Source: Clostridia bacterium | GTDB lineage: Bacteria; Bacillota; Clostridia; Oscillospirales; SIG627 | Assembly (NCBI GenBank): GCA_017558945.1 | Contig: JAFYTG010000196.1 | Coordinates: 1 to 43,782 of the forward strand | DNA: 43,782 nt | Reading direction: 5' to 3' | Shown here: one piece after another, positions 32,838 through 40,684 of the stretch | How the letters are laid out: each line of letters begins with the position of its first letter | Numbering within the stretch: position 1 is the first letter of the stretch | Position numbers and translations under genes: made by a program | The notes under the pieces: model-generated | The model's database searches: none | Told to the model about the DNA's origin: nothing | What the model saw: only the letters and a program-made list of their open reading frames with translations

Positions 32838-33104
32838 TTATCTTAATGGCTCAATTTTTTCAAACGGTATTCCGCGAACGGCATCATTCCAGGCTTTATA
32901 AAGCTCTTCCTCGTGAATCGCCATCCAAGCCGACACTAATTTGAATTGTTTTATCGGCATTTCCCCGGCTAATATTTCACCGTCCAAAGCAATAACTGCT
33001 TTATACTCGGCATATTGCACGTGAATGTGAGATTTGTTATGTTGTCCAATATCATTGTATTGCATTCTTACTATGATGTTGTAAAATCGGCTAAGCTCAG
33101 GCAT
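32838..33104 (-). CDS. DUF4160-family protein
   Basis: MPELSRFYNIIVRMQYND...HIHVQYAEYKAVIALDGEILAGEMP....LVSAWMAIHEEELYKAW matches the family pattern closely. Confidence 0.75.
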   Translation of the reverse strand: MPELSRFYNIIVRMQYNDIGQHNKSHIHVQYAEYKAVIALDGEILAGEMPIKQFKLVSAWMAIHEEELYKAWNDAVRGIPFEKIEPLR

Positions 33105-33134
33105 TGTTTTATCTCCTTAATCATTTCTGTTATT

Positions 33135-33179
33135 ATTATAGCATATTCGCTATAATTTGTCAATAGCAAATTTGCTATT
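33135..33179 (-). promoter_or_regulatory. Consensus promoter TTGACA-17-TGcTATAAT overlapped by palindrome AATAGCAAA-TTTGCTATT
   Basis: Reverse complement of 33158-33163 is TTGACA and of 33135-33140 is TATAAT. Palindrome at 33162-33179 covers the -35. Confidence 0.65.
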
Positions 33180-33185
33180 TTTTAA

Positions 33186-33238
33186 AAAATCCCTCTCAGC
33201 CGTAGCCAAGAGGGAAAATTATCACATTATTTACGATA
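33186..33238. repeat. ~53-bp repeat copy 2 (terminator hairpin)
   Basis: Aligned by eye to 32285-32338. Confidence 0.7.
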
Positions 33239-33252
33239 TGTGCAGGCCGTAC

Positions 33253-33492
33253 TCACGTTCCGTTAAGCCAAAGCTCGTCGCACGATATATCTATATCGTC
33301 GTTCCATATAATGCCGTAGCCACCCACGTCAACGGCGACATCCTCAAACAACGGAGAGTCCTTCAGACCTCTGAATATCGGGTTTTTATCAAAAAGCGGT
33401 TCGACGTTGTATATTTTAGTTATGCCCTCCGAAAACTGTATGCTGAGCATATAATTCGGCAAAGCCTGAACACTTTTTATTTTGTGAAGCAT
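33253..33492 (-). CDS. Second, stand-alone DUF2442-family protein
   Basis: VQALPNYMLSIQFSEGITKIYNVEPLF...GYGIIWNDDIDISCDELW. RBS aaaggag. Confidence 0.7.
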   Translation of the reverse strand: MLHKIKSVQALPNYMLSIQFSEGITKIYNVEPLFDKNPIFRGLKDSPLFEDVAVDVGGYGIIWNDDIDISCDELWLNGT

Positions 33493-33595
33493 TTTATTTC
33501 TCCTTTCACTTAAGTGCTTAGTATAAGCGTATCACGATACCGTGATATTGTCAATGTTTATTTTGCTTTTCTTCACATAAAGCAAAAGGAGGAGC

Positions 33596-33745
33596 TTATC
33601 GCTCTCCCCTTTTGTGTCTGACCTTTTTCTTGAGCTTATTAAGTACCGTTTTCTTTTCCCTTGCGGAAAGGGTCTTCCAAAGCGCAAGAATTTGAACATC
33701 TGTCTGCAAATTTTCTTTTTTGTAGATAACGTCCGTGTTTTTCAC
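33596..33745 (-). CDS. 49-aa basic hypothetical protein (GTG start), paralog of 1334-1480
   Basis: SD aaggcggtga 7 nt upstream of the GTG. TDVQILALWKTLSAREKKTVLNKL aligns with TDREILNLWATLAESEREEILRRL. Confidence 0.4.
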   Translation of the reverse strand: MKNTDVIYKKENLQTDVQILALWKTLSAREKKTVLNKLKKKVRHKRGER

Positions 33746-33900
33746 ATTATCACCGCCTTTGTTTTTTACTTCGCTATTTATATGAATTACAATAGCCGAT
33801 AGAGTAAAAAAGCCCTCTTCTCAAGGTGTAAGAGGGGATAAAATGCCAATTTGCTATTTTTTACCAATTATGGCGATAAATAAATATAACAAGGACATAC

Positions 33901-33940
33901 TGTCGAAAAAACGAATTTCTTGTACAATTGTCGAAAAAAA
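33901..33940. repeat. Two direct TGTCGAAAAAA repeats upstream of int (candidate arm-type recombinase sites)
   Basis: Copies at 33901-33911 and 33929-33940, 28 bp apart. Confidence 0.35.
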
Positions 33941-33998
33941 CAAAAAATCCTCTCTTGCATTGCAAAAGAGGAAGGATTTCCAAATTATCGGGTGAGCT

Positions 33999-34994
33999 AT
34001 GACACGACGTTCTGACGGTCTCTGGCAGGAGGCTATCACAATCAACGGAAAAAGAAAATACTTCTACGGCAAAACCAAGGCAGAGGTTCTCAAGAAGCTT
34101 AGAGACTACCAGGGTGAGACGGAACAGGGCAGACTGTTCCGAGAGGTTGCTGAGGAATGGTGGGAGGAGCATTCGCAAAAGGTCGTCCCCTCTACGATGA
34201 GCGGATATAACGCGCGCTTTCTGTGTGCGGTTGAATATTTTGACGACAAGAGGATCAAGGACATAACACCGCAGGACGTTACAAAGCTTCTCAAGTCCTT
34301 GCAGGACAAGAAATACTCGCAAAAGGTTATCTCCACACAGCTTAACGTTATAAATATGATTATCAACGTAGCAATAATCAACGGAGATATAACCTACAAT
34401 CCCTGCTCAGCCGTTCAGATTCCGAAGGGACTCCCAAAGAAGAAGCGCGAGCTCCCTACGGATAAAGAATTTGAAATCGTTGAAAACAGCGATTGGCTGT
34501 TTCCGTTCTTTCTCCTTTATACCGGGTGCAGACGCGGTGAGGCTCTCGCCGTTACGTACGAGGATATAGATTGGGAGAAAAAAGTTATTCACATCAATAA
34601 AGCCGTTGGCTTTAAAGGAAATATACCATACATCAAATCAACTAAAACCGAAGCAGGTCACAGAGACGTCGTTCTCCTCGACAAGCTCGCCGCAAGGCTC
34701 GATAGGTCTAAAACAGGACTTATCTTTCCGAACAACAAAGGCGAGCTCTGGCACGATTCCATGGTTCAGAGAAAATGGAAGCAGTGGCAGAGGAGATACA
34801 ACACCTCCGTTACCGCGCATCAGCTAAGACACGGTTACGCTACAATTCTTTTTGAGGCGGGGCTTGAGCCAAAGGATGCACAGTATCTTTTGGGGCACAG
34901 TACAATATCAATGACGCAGGATATTTACACTCATATCAGACAAGCGAGACAGCAAGAATATGCTGTAAAATTGAATGATTTTTTGAACAAATAA
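33999..34994 (+). CDS. int: Tyrosine-type site-specific integrase
   Basis: TGCRRGEALA (catalytic Arg), HQLRHGYAT, LLGHSTISMTQDIYTH (HxxR, H, Y). Adjacent to attR. Confidence 0.9.
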   Translation: MTRRSDGLWQEAITINGKRKYFYGKTKAEVLKKLRDYQGETEQGRLFREVAEEWWEEHSQKVVPSTMSGYNARFLCAVEYFDDKRIKDITPQDVTKLLKSLQDKKYSQKVISTQLNVINMIINVAIINGDITYNPCSAVQIPKGLPKKKRELPTDKEFEIVENSDWLFPFFLLYTGCRRGEALAVTYEDIDWEKKVIHINKAVGFKGNIPYIKSTKTEAGHRDVVLLDKLAARLDRSKTGLIFPNNKGELWHDSMVQRKWKQWQRRYNTSVTAHQLRHGYATILFEAGLEPKDAQYLLGHSTISMTQDIYTHIRQARQQEYAVKLNDFLNK

Positions 34995-35047
34995 TGCAAA
35001 TTTGATGTAGTAAGTCGGTTTTTGCTCTATATATAGCGTTTTGTTGG

Positions 35048-35073
35048 GGGTTCGAATCCCATCACTCACCCCA
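35048..35073. repeat. attR core (displaced tRNA-His 3' fragment)
   Basis: Exact copy of 28-53. The upstream sequence is not tRNA-like. Confidence 0.9.
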
Positions 35074-35081
35074 CAAAAAAA

Positions 35082-35111
35082 ACAGTACTCCGTTTGGAGT
35101 ACTGTTTTTTT
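35082..35111 (+). terminator. Original host tRNA terminator
   Basis: Stem acagtactcc/ggagtactgt with loop gttt, followed by T7. Confidence 0.8.
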
Positions 35112-35196
35112 GTGGTTTATTTGAGCGGTGTATCCTTGTGTCCAAAAAAATGTACACGTCATATTTAACCTCTTTTTTGTAAATAATCATTAGTGC

Positions 35197-35245
35197 ATAT
35201 CCTATTAGGATATATACATTATTTTAACATATCCCATTAGGATAT
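35197..35245. promoter_or_regulatory. Two 17-bp palindromic operators ATATCC(T/C)ATTAGGATAT upstream of the host XRE gene
   Basis: Copies at 35197-35213 and 35229-35245. Centres are 32 bp apart. Confidence 0.55.
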
Positions 35246-35278
35246 ACAATAACCTTAATGAAAGTTGTTGAGGTTAAA

Positions 35279-35614
35279 ATGATGAATTTGGATTACACGA
35301 TTATAGGCAAAAGAATAAAAGAGACAAGATTGGAAAAGGGGTGGACACAAGCAATGCTTGCAGAAAAATCGGGTATTGAGCCATCAAACCTTTCTCACAT
35401 CGAAAGAGCTGCAACAAAATTAAGTCTGCCAACCCTCATCAGCATCGCAAATGCTTTAGAGAAAACACTTGATGAGCTTGTATGGGGAAATCTTGTAAAA
35501 AGCTCTCACGTTTCGAACGATACGATAGAGTCACTTCTTGCCGATTGCACAGACCGTGAGCTTATTAAAATTGCAGAAATAATTAAAACCGCCAAAGCCA
35601 TACTCAGAGACTAA
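35279..35614 (+). CDS. Host XRE-family transcriptional regulator
   Basis: GKRIKETRLEKGWTQAMLAEKSGIEPSNLSHIERA. Confidence 0.75.
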   Translation: MMNLDYTIIGKRIKETRLEKGWTQAMLAEKSGIEPSNLSHIERAATKLSLPTLISIANALEKTLDELVWGNLVKSSHVSNDTIESLLADCTDRELIKIAEIIKTAKAILRD

Positions 35615-35656
35615 AGCAAGAGCGGAGAGACAGAAGTCCGATTTTTAATTCAACAG

Positions 35657-35690
35657 AGGACGGGGAATTATAAAATTCCTCGTCCTTTTC
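35657..35690 (+). terminator. Terminator after the host XRE gene
   Basis: aggacg-g-ggaatt-ataa-aattcc-t-cgtcct followed by tttc. Confidence 0.6.
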
Positions 35691-35705
35691 TATACACCCT
35701 ATATA

Positions 35706-35740
35706 CAAAAAACAGCGGGATACTCTTAACCGAGTATCCC
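35706..35740 (-). terminator. Terminator of the minus-strand host operon
   Basis: Stem gggatactc/gagtatccc. The A-run gives a U-tract on the minus strand. Confidence 0.7.
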
Positions 35741-35761
35741 ACCAAACGCTCTTGGAATTTT

Positions 35762-37036
35762 TTACAGCTCCGCAATGAGCCTCCTGATTTTTTCAACGTC
35801 AGCCTCACGGCAAGCCGTACCATCCTCAACGCACACAGCGGCGGCAACACCCGTTGCCTGACCCGTGATATAACAGCAAGGTATAACCCTTGTCGAAGCC
35901 TGCATTGCTCTGTCAGTTCCTATGCATCTGCCTGCAACAAGCAAATTGTCAACTCCCTTGGGAACAAGGCATCGGTAAGGAATACTGTACGTTTCCCCGT
36001 CACGATGTCTCATAGAAATAGCCTTGGAAAAGCCACTCATACCGCTCTTATCGGGAGTCATCGGATGAATATCGACGGGATAAGAATACCGTCCTATCTC
36101 ATCGTAAAAGGGCTCGGTCGAATGAAAGCTTTCACGAGTAAGCATATACTCACAAACAATTCTGCGTGACTCACGAATACCGATAAAATCAGCGCTCTTG
36201 ATAATCGTTGCCTTCTCGCATCCGTCGACGTAATTACGGTAATAGTGCTCGTACTCGGCAAGAATTTTTCTGCCCTTGAGCATTGCCTGAGTAAGACTTT
36301 TAACGTCTCTGTCGTCAACTCCGAAGCAATGACCGACGTTACCTCCGCCAACGTTCAATTCGGGATAATTTCTCTTTATACCCGGAAGCACGCTATCGTA
36401 TTGCGAAAATACACCGTCCTCATACGCCTTATGATAATGCTCGGCATCCCATATCTTTTTATCAAAATCCACACCGCCCCAAAGGGTACAAATGGTGGCA
36501 CTCATAGTATTACCGTTTTCGTCACCGTACTCATAATCAGCACCTGCAAATACCGAGAGACTACCCGAGCCCGTACAGTCGATAAAGCACTTTCCCTCGA
36601 GCGCAAAAAGTCCGTCGGGGCCCGAAACGACAACGCTCGAAATATGTCCGCCGTCGCAAACGGCGTCAACTATACGGGTATAAAGCATAACCTCAACGCC
36701 TGCCTCGACGACCATATCGTCATAAGCCCGCTTAAGCTCCTCGTATCTTACGTTATGCCATTCGCGTTTTTCACGGATTTCAAGTCCGAGCCTTTCAAAA
36801 ACCTCACGTCCGATTCCGTTGGACACAAAATTCTCGCCGTCGTCAAAATTCATAAGCTCGGCAACCATCGAGAGAATGCTCGCGCCTCCGAGAGTACCCG
36901 ATTGCTCAAGCAAAATAACCTTTTTTCCGAGTCTTGCGGCAGAAACGGATGCTGCAACGCCCGAAGGACCTCCGCCCGCAACGATTATATCGGCGCTGTC
37001 AAAAAGCTTCAAGCTCTTGTTATATGCGATTTCCAT
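35762..37036 (-). CDS. FAD-dependent oxidoreductase
   Basis: N-terminal DIIVAGGGPSGVAASVSAARLGKKVILLEQSGTLGG dinucleotide-binding motif. Confidence 0.75.
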   Translation of the reverse strand: MEIAYNKSLKLFDSADIIVAGGGPSGVAASVSAARLGKKVILLEQSGTLGGASILSMVAELMNFDDGENFVSNGIGREVFERLGLEIREKREWHNVRYEELKRAYDDMVVEAGVEVMLYTRIVDAVCDGGHISSVVVSGPDGLFALEGKCFIDCTGSGSLSVFAGADYEYGDENGNTMSATICTLWGGVDFDKKIWDAEHYHKAYEDGVFSQYDSVLPGIKRNYPELNVGGGNVGHCFGVDDRDVKSLTQAMLKGRKILAEYEHYYRNYVDGCEKATIIKSADFIGIRESRRIVCEYMLTRESFHSTEPFYDEIGRYSYPVDIHPMTPDKSGMSGFSKAISMRHRDGETYSIPYRCLVPKGVDNLLVAGRCIGTDRAMQASTRVIPCCYITGQATGVAAAVCVEDGTACREADVEKIRRLIAEL

Positions 37037-37039
37037 ATT

Positions 37040-37693
37040 TTATCTTAATCCTCTCAAAAACATCTTTCGGTCATCCGTTATACGATAGCTTTCGCAAGCC
37101 TTTTGCACCGTCTTAAGCCGAGTCCATTCGTCAAGCATATCAAGAAGCGGCAAAACGGCATCATACTGCTTTGCAAGAGCGGTTGCAAAATACCACGCAC
37201 GCATCATATTGACGTAATACTCATCCGAGCAAATCTCTGCCACACGCTTGGCGTACTCAATTTTAAAATCATCCTCAAGATACCATACCATAAGCATTTC
37301 AATACCGAAGCGTACCGCATACGGATGAGACGATGAAATCCAACGCTCAATATCAAAAATGAGTCTGTCGGTATTTTTTCTGAAGCATTTCGGTCGGAGT
37401 GAATCACACACTCCCCAATTATCAATATAAGGCAAAAATCTATCAAGCTCGGCAACGCATTCCTCATAATCAAGCGTTGATATCATAAAGGCGTGAAGCA
37501 TATTTTCATCGTAGTAATAATGCGGTAGGGTATGTAAAAATTCGCGGTCAAAAAGCTCCCTTGCAAGCGAGCGGATAAGGGGCACGCGCACGCCTATAAT
37601 TCTATCGGGATCAACCGTCGGAACGAGAGCCGAATGAAACCTGCGGTATTTCAAATCCTGCAATTCAAAAAGGCGCTTTTGTACATCAGTCAT
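37040..37693 (-). CDS. DNA alkylation repair (AlkD-like HEAT-repeat) family protein
   Basis: LQDLKYRRFHSALVPTVDPDRIIGVRVPLIRSLAREL...IDNWGVCDSL pattern. Start at 37693, just after the upstream stop. Confidence 0.6.
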   Translation of the reverse strand: MTDVQKRLFELQDLKYRRFHSALVPTVDPDRIIGVRVPLIRSLARELFDREFLHTLPHYYYDENMLHAFMISTLDYEECVAELDRFLPYIDNWGVCDSLRPKCFRKNTDRLIFDIERWISSSHPYAVRFGIEMLMVWYLEDDFKIEYAKRVAEICSDEYYVNMMRAWYFATALAKQYDAVLPLLDMLDEWTRLKTVQKACESYRITDDRKMFLRGLR

Positions 37694-38954
37694 TCCACTT
37701 AAAATCCTTCCACATACCGCCGTTGAATCGATGAAGCTCCTCGGTGGCAATAAAGAATTTTTCAACTACGCGCTCAGAGGGATAAAACTCGACGAATTCA
37801 CCGTTCACAAAGGTATAAAAGCGAGAAACGTCGGTACACATTCCGTAGGTTGAAAGGTGGGTGGACTGAAGGTGAAACTCCCAAGGCTCACCGTTTTTCG
37901 TTCCCGTATAGGTAAGACCCTCACGGTCAAGCACAAGCCTTCCCTCTCCCACTATCTCGGAGGTCTTTTGCTCCTTGAGAGTCTCAAAATCGGGAAGCAT
38001 ACCAAGCTTTACGTCGGCTTCAAGACGGAAGCCCTCCGCCTTGACCTCCTCGCGAATGACGGCTCTTTGCATATTAAACCACTCGGTCTGGGTTTTCGGA
38101 ATTACGCAGGTATCGTCAAGCGGTACCATTTCGTAGGTATCCTTCAAGGTCATTCCGTTACCGCATTCGGTACACCAAAGCTTATTTCCCTCACTCTTCA
38201 TGGTGTGCTGACGGTTACATTTCGGACACCAGAAAAGAAGGTCCTCTAAATTTTCCGCACCGCTGTCACCTATATCGTAGTGATATCCCTTTTCGAGATT
38301 CCACGCATAATCGTCGTGATATATTTTCTCGTTGATAATATCCTCTATTTCCTCGGCTGTCAGAGCTTTAAGCTCCGCAGGAGTAAAGAGTCTGTCTACC
38401 TCCACCTCAATGTGACCCACGCGGTCACGGAGATTATATTTCGGGCAGGTAAGATAACCGCCTTTTATAACCGAATAATAAACGGCAACGCCACGGCGCT
38501 TCAGGAGGTCGCCCGTGCCTACCACGATGGGCTGATTTGCGCCCGAAATACTGCTCATTCCCTCGGGGAAAATACATATATTGCCGCCGTCACGCACAAT
38601 TCTCGTAATAGACTTCATTGCGTAAAGGTCGGGAGTGAAATTCTTTTTCGGAATAACCCTTAAAAGTCTGAAAACGAGTGCGAGATGCGAGCGGTGAAAC
38701 TCGTTGTAGCCCGCAACGTAATTCATACGGTTGGGCAGATTCGGTATGCCCGTGAATATGTAATCAAGACGGGAGGCGTGATTGCTTATAAAGATATAAG
38801 GCTCACGGCACTCTCTCGGGTCGCTCTTGACAATATAATGAGCGTTATACTTCGGCGCGACAAAGCTCTTCCATACAAAGCCGAGAATATTATAAATGAA
38901 ATTCGGACGGGTTATTTTCCTTGAGTGTATTTTTTCTGCGACAGTCATTTTCAT
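37686..38954 (-). CDS. Lysophospholipid/glycerol-3-phosphate acyltransferase family protein (PlsC-like) with a C-terminal extension
   Basis: NHASRLD (HX4D) and FPEGMSS motifs. Confidence 0.65.
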   Translation of the reverse strand: MKMTVAEKIHSRKITRPNFIYNILGFVWKSFVAPKYNAHYIVKSDPRECREPYIFISNHASRLDYIFTGIPNLPNRMNYVAGYNEFHRSHLALVFRLLRVIPKKNFTPDLYAMKSITRIVRDGGNICIFPEGMSSISGANQPIVVGTGDLLKRRGVAVYYSVIKGGYLTCPKYNLRDRVGHIEVEVDRLFTPAELKALTAEEIEDIINEKIYHDDYAWNLEKGYHYDIGDSGAENLEDLLFWCPKCNRQHTMKSEGNKLWCTECGNGMTLKDTYEMVPLDDTCVIPKTQTEWFNMQRAVIREEVKAEGFRLEADVKLGMLPDFETLKEQKTSEIVGEGRLVLDREGLTYTGTKNGEPWEFHLQSTHLSTYGMCTDVSRFYTFVNGEFVEFYPSERVVEKFFIATEELHRFNGGMWKDFKWND

Positions 38955-39099
38955 ATCGTTTACTCCGTTTCGTTCGATATCGACATTTTAACATTTTTTC
39001 AAAATAAATGCAATATATTTTTAACGGCACTTGACAATAGGATTAAAATGGTTTACCATAGGGATGTACTATAACGATATAGAGATGGAGTAACAGTAT

Positions 39100-40569
39100 A
39101 TGAAATCAAAAATAATTATAAATAAAAATTTTACGGTAGGCAAAATAGACGACCGACTGTACGGCTCATTCGTTGAGCATATAGGGCGTGTTGTGTATAA
39201 CGGAATATACGACCCCGAGCACGAAACGGCTGACGATATGGGCTTCAGACAAGATGTGCTTGAAGCGGTCAAGGAGCTTGACGTCCCCATAGTGAGATAT
39301 CCCGGAGGCAATTATCTTTCCGCATATAATTGGGAGGACGGAATCGGAGATAAAGCCCAAAGGCCAACCAAGCTCGATCTTGCATGGAGAAGCATTGAAA
39401 CGAACGAGGTTGGCATAGACGAGTTTCAGGAATGGGCAAAAAGAGCGGGCACGTCGGTTATGATGGCTGTAAATATGGGTACAAGAGGAGCGGATGAAGC
39501 ACGCGAATGCGTTGAATACTGCAACTCGGATACTCCGACCTATTGGGCTGACAAGCGTCGTAAAAACGGATTTGAAAAGCCCTTCGGAATAAAGACATGG
39601 TGTCTCGGAAACGAAATGGGCGGTCTTGGACAAATATGCAGAAAAACTCCCGACGAATACGGACGCCTTGCCGTAGACTGCGCCAAGGTGATGAAGCTTG
39701 TCGACCCGTCCATAGAGCTGATCCTTTGCGGAAGCTCACACCGTGGAATGCCGCGGTTCGGAGAATGGGAGCTCACCGTATTGAATTATGCGTACGAGCT
39801 TGTTGACTATCTCTCGATTCATCAATATTACGGATCGGATGACAATATCGCAGACTTTTTCGCAAAGCCTTGCGATATGGACGATTATATCAAATCCGTT
39901 TTAGCTATGTGTGATTCAATTAAGGCGTATAAAAAATCGGGCAAAAGAATAATGCTGTCCTTTGACGAATGGAATATATTCGGAAAGGGTCTCGTTGCCG
40001 AGCCCAAAGCGGTAGAAAAGGCACCTCACCTTTTTGAATGTGAATATACCTTTGCAGATGCGCTCGTGATAGGTATGATGATGATGACGCTGCAAAATAA
40101 CTGCGACAGAGTAAAAATCGCATGTCTTGCACAGCTTGTGAACGCTATTGCGCCAATAATGACGGAGAACGGTGGAGGGCTTTGGCGACAGACCATATTC
40201 TATCCGTTCAAGCTTATGTCTAAAAACGGCAGAGGAGAAGCCATGAAAACGGCAATATACTGCGATACGTATTCCACCTCGAAGCACTCTGACATTCCGT
40301 ATCTTGCCTCCTCTGTAATTCATAACGAGGAAAAGCGTGAAATTGTAATATTCGCCGTCAATCGTTCACTCGACGAGGATATGGAGCTCGATGCAACAAT
40401 TGAGGATTTCGGAGAATACCGACTCGTTGAGCATATACGCATCTATTCGGATGACCTAAACGCAACAAACTCTATAAACGACGAGAAAATTCATCCGGAA
40501 GCGGTTGATCCGAACAGAGCCACGGTTTTAAAAAAGCACTCCTGGAATATGCTCAGATACAAATATTGA
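39100..40569 (+). CDS. Alpha-L-arabinofuranosidase, GH51 family
   Basis: LYGSFVEHIGRVVYNGIY, RYPGGNYLSAYNWEDGIG, WCLGNEMGG motifs. 489 aa. Confidence 0.8.
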   Translation: MKSKIIINKNFTVGKIDDRLYGSFVEHIGRVVYNGIYDPEHETADDMGFRQDVLEAVKELDVPIVRYPGGNYLSAYNWEDGIGDKAQRPTKLDLAWRSIETNEVGIDEFQEWAKRAGTSVMMAVNMGTRGADEARECVEYCNSDTPTYWADKRRKNGFEKPFGIKTWCLGNEMGGLGQICRKTPDEYGRLAVDCAKVMKLVDPSIELILCGSSHRGMPRFGEWELTVLNYAYELVDYLSIHQYYGSDDNIADFFAKPCDMDDYIKSVLAMCDSIKAYKKSGKRIMLSFDEWNIFGKGLVAEPKAVEKAPHLFECEYTFADALVIGMMMMTLQNNCDRVKIACLAQLVNAIAPIMTENGGGLWRQTIFYPFKLMSKNGRGEAMKTAIYCDTYSTSKHSDIPYLASSVIHNEEKREIVIFAVNRSLDEDMELDATIEDFGEYRLVEHIRIYSDDLNATNSINDEKIHPEAVDPNRATVLKKHSWNMLRYKY

Positions 40570-40684
40570 TAAAAAGCTGTAAAGTATAGCAAGAATTTAC
40601 AAAAAGTATTGAAATAATTACGATTTTATGATATATTGATATTATAATGTTAATATTGATATTAGTTAAAAGGAGTAAAATGCT

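Larger units (their letters stand above)
28..35073. mobile_element. Integrated temperate prophage (~35 kb) in the tRNA-His 3' end
   Basis: An exact 26-bp direct repeat lies at both ends. A tyrosine integrase sits next to the right repeat. The interval contains a full packaging/capsid/tail/lysis/switch gene set. Confidence 0.9.

Noticed and set aside
33861-34322. 153-aa minus-strand ORF overlapping the integrase 5' end
   Set aside because: The opposite strand encodes a tyrosine recombinase with all catalytic motifs. This ORF has no RBS and no recognisable features.
36245-37048. 267-aa plus-strand ORF in the host region, and likewise 41495-42205 and 39916-40323 on the minus strand
   Set aside because: They are antisense to the FAD oxidoreductase, SBP and GH51 genes, which carry clear family motifs.
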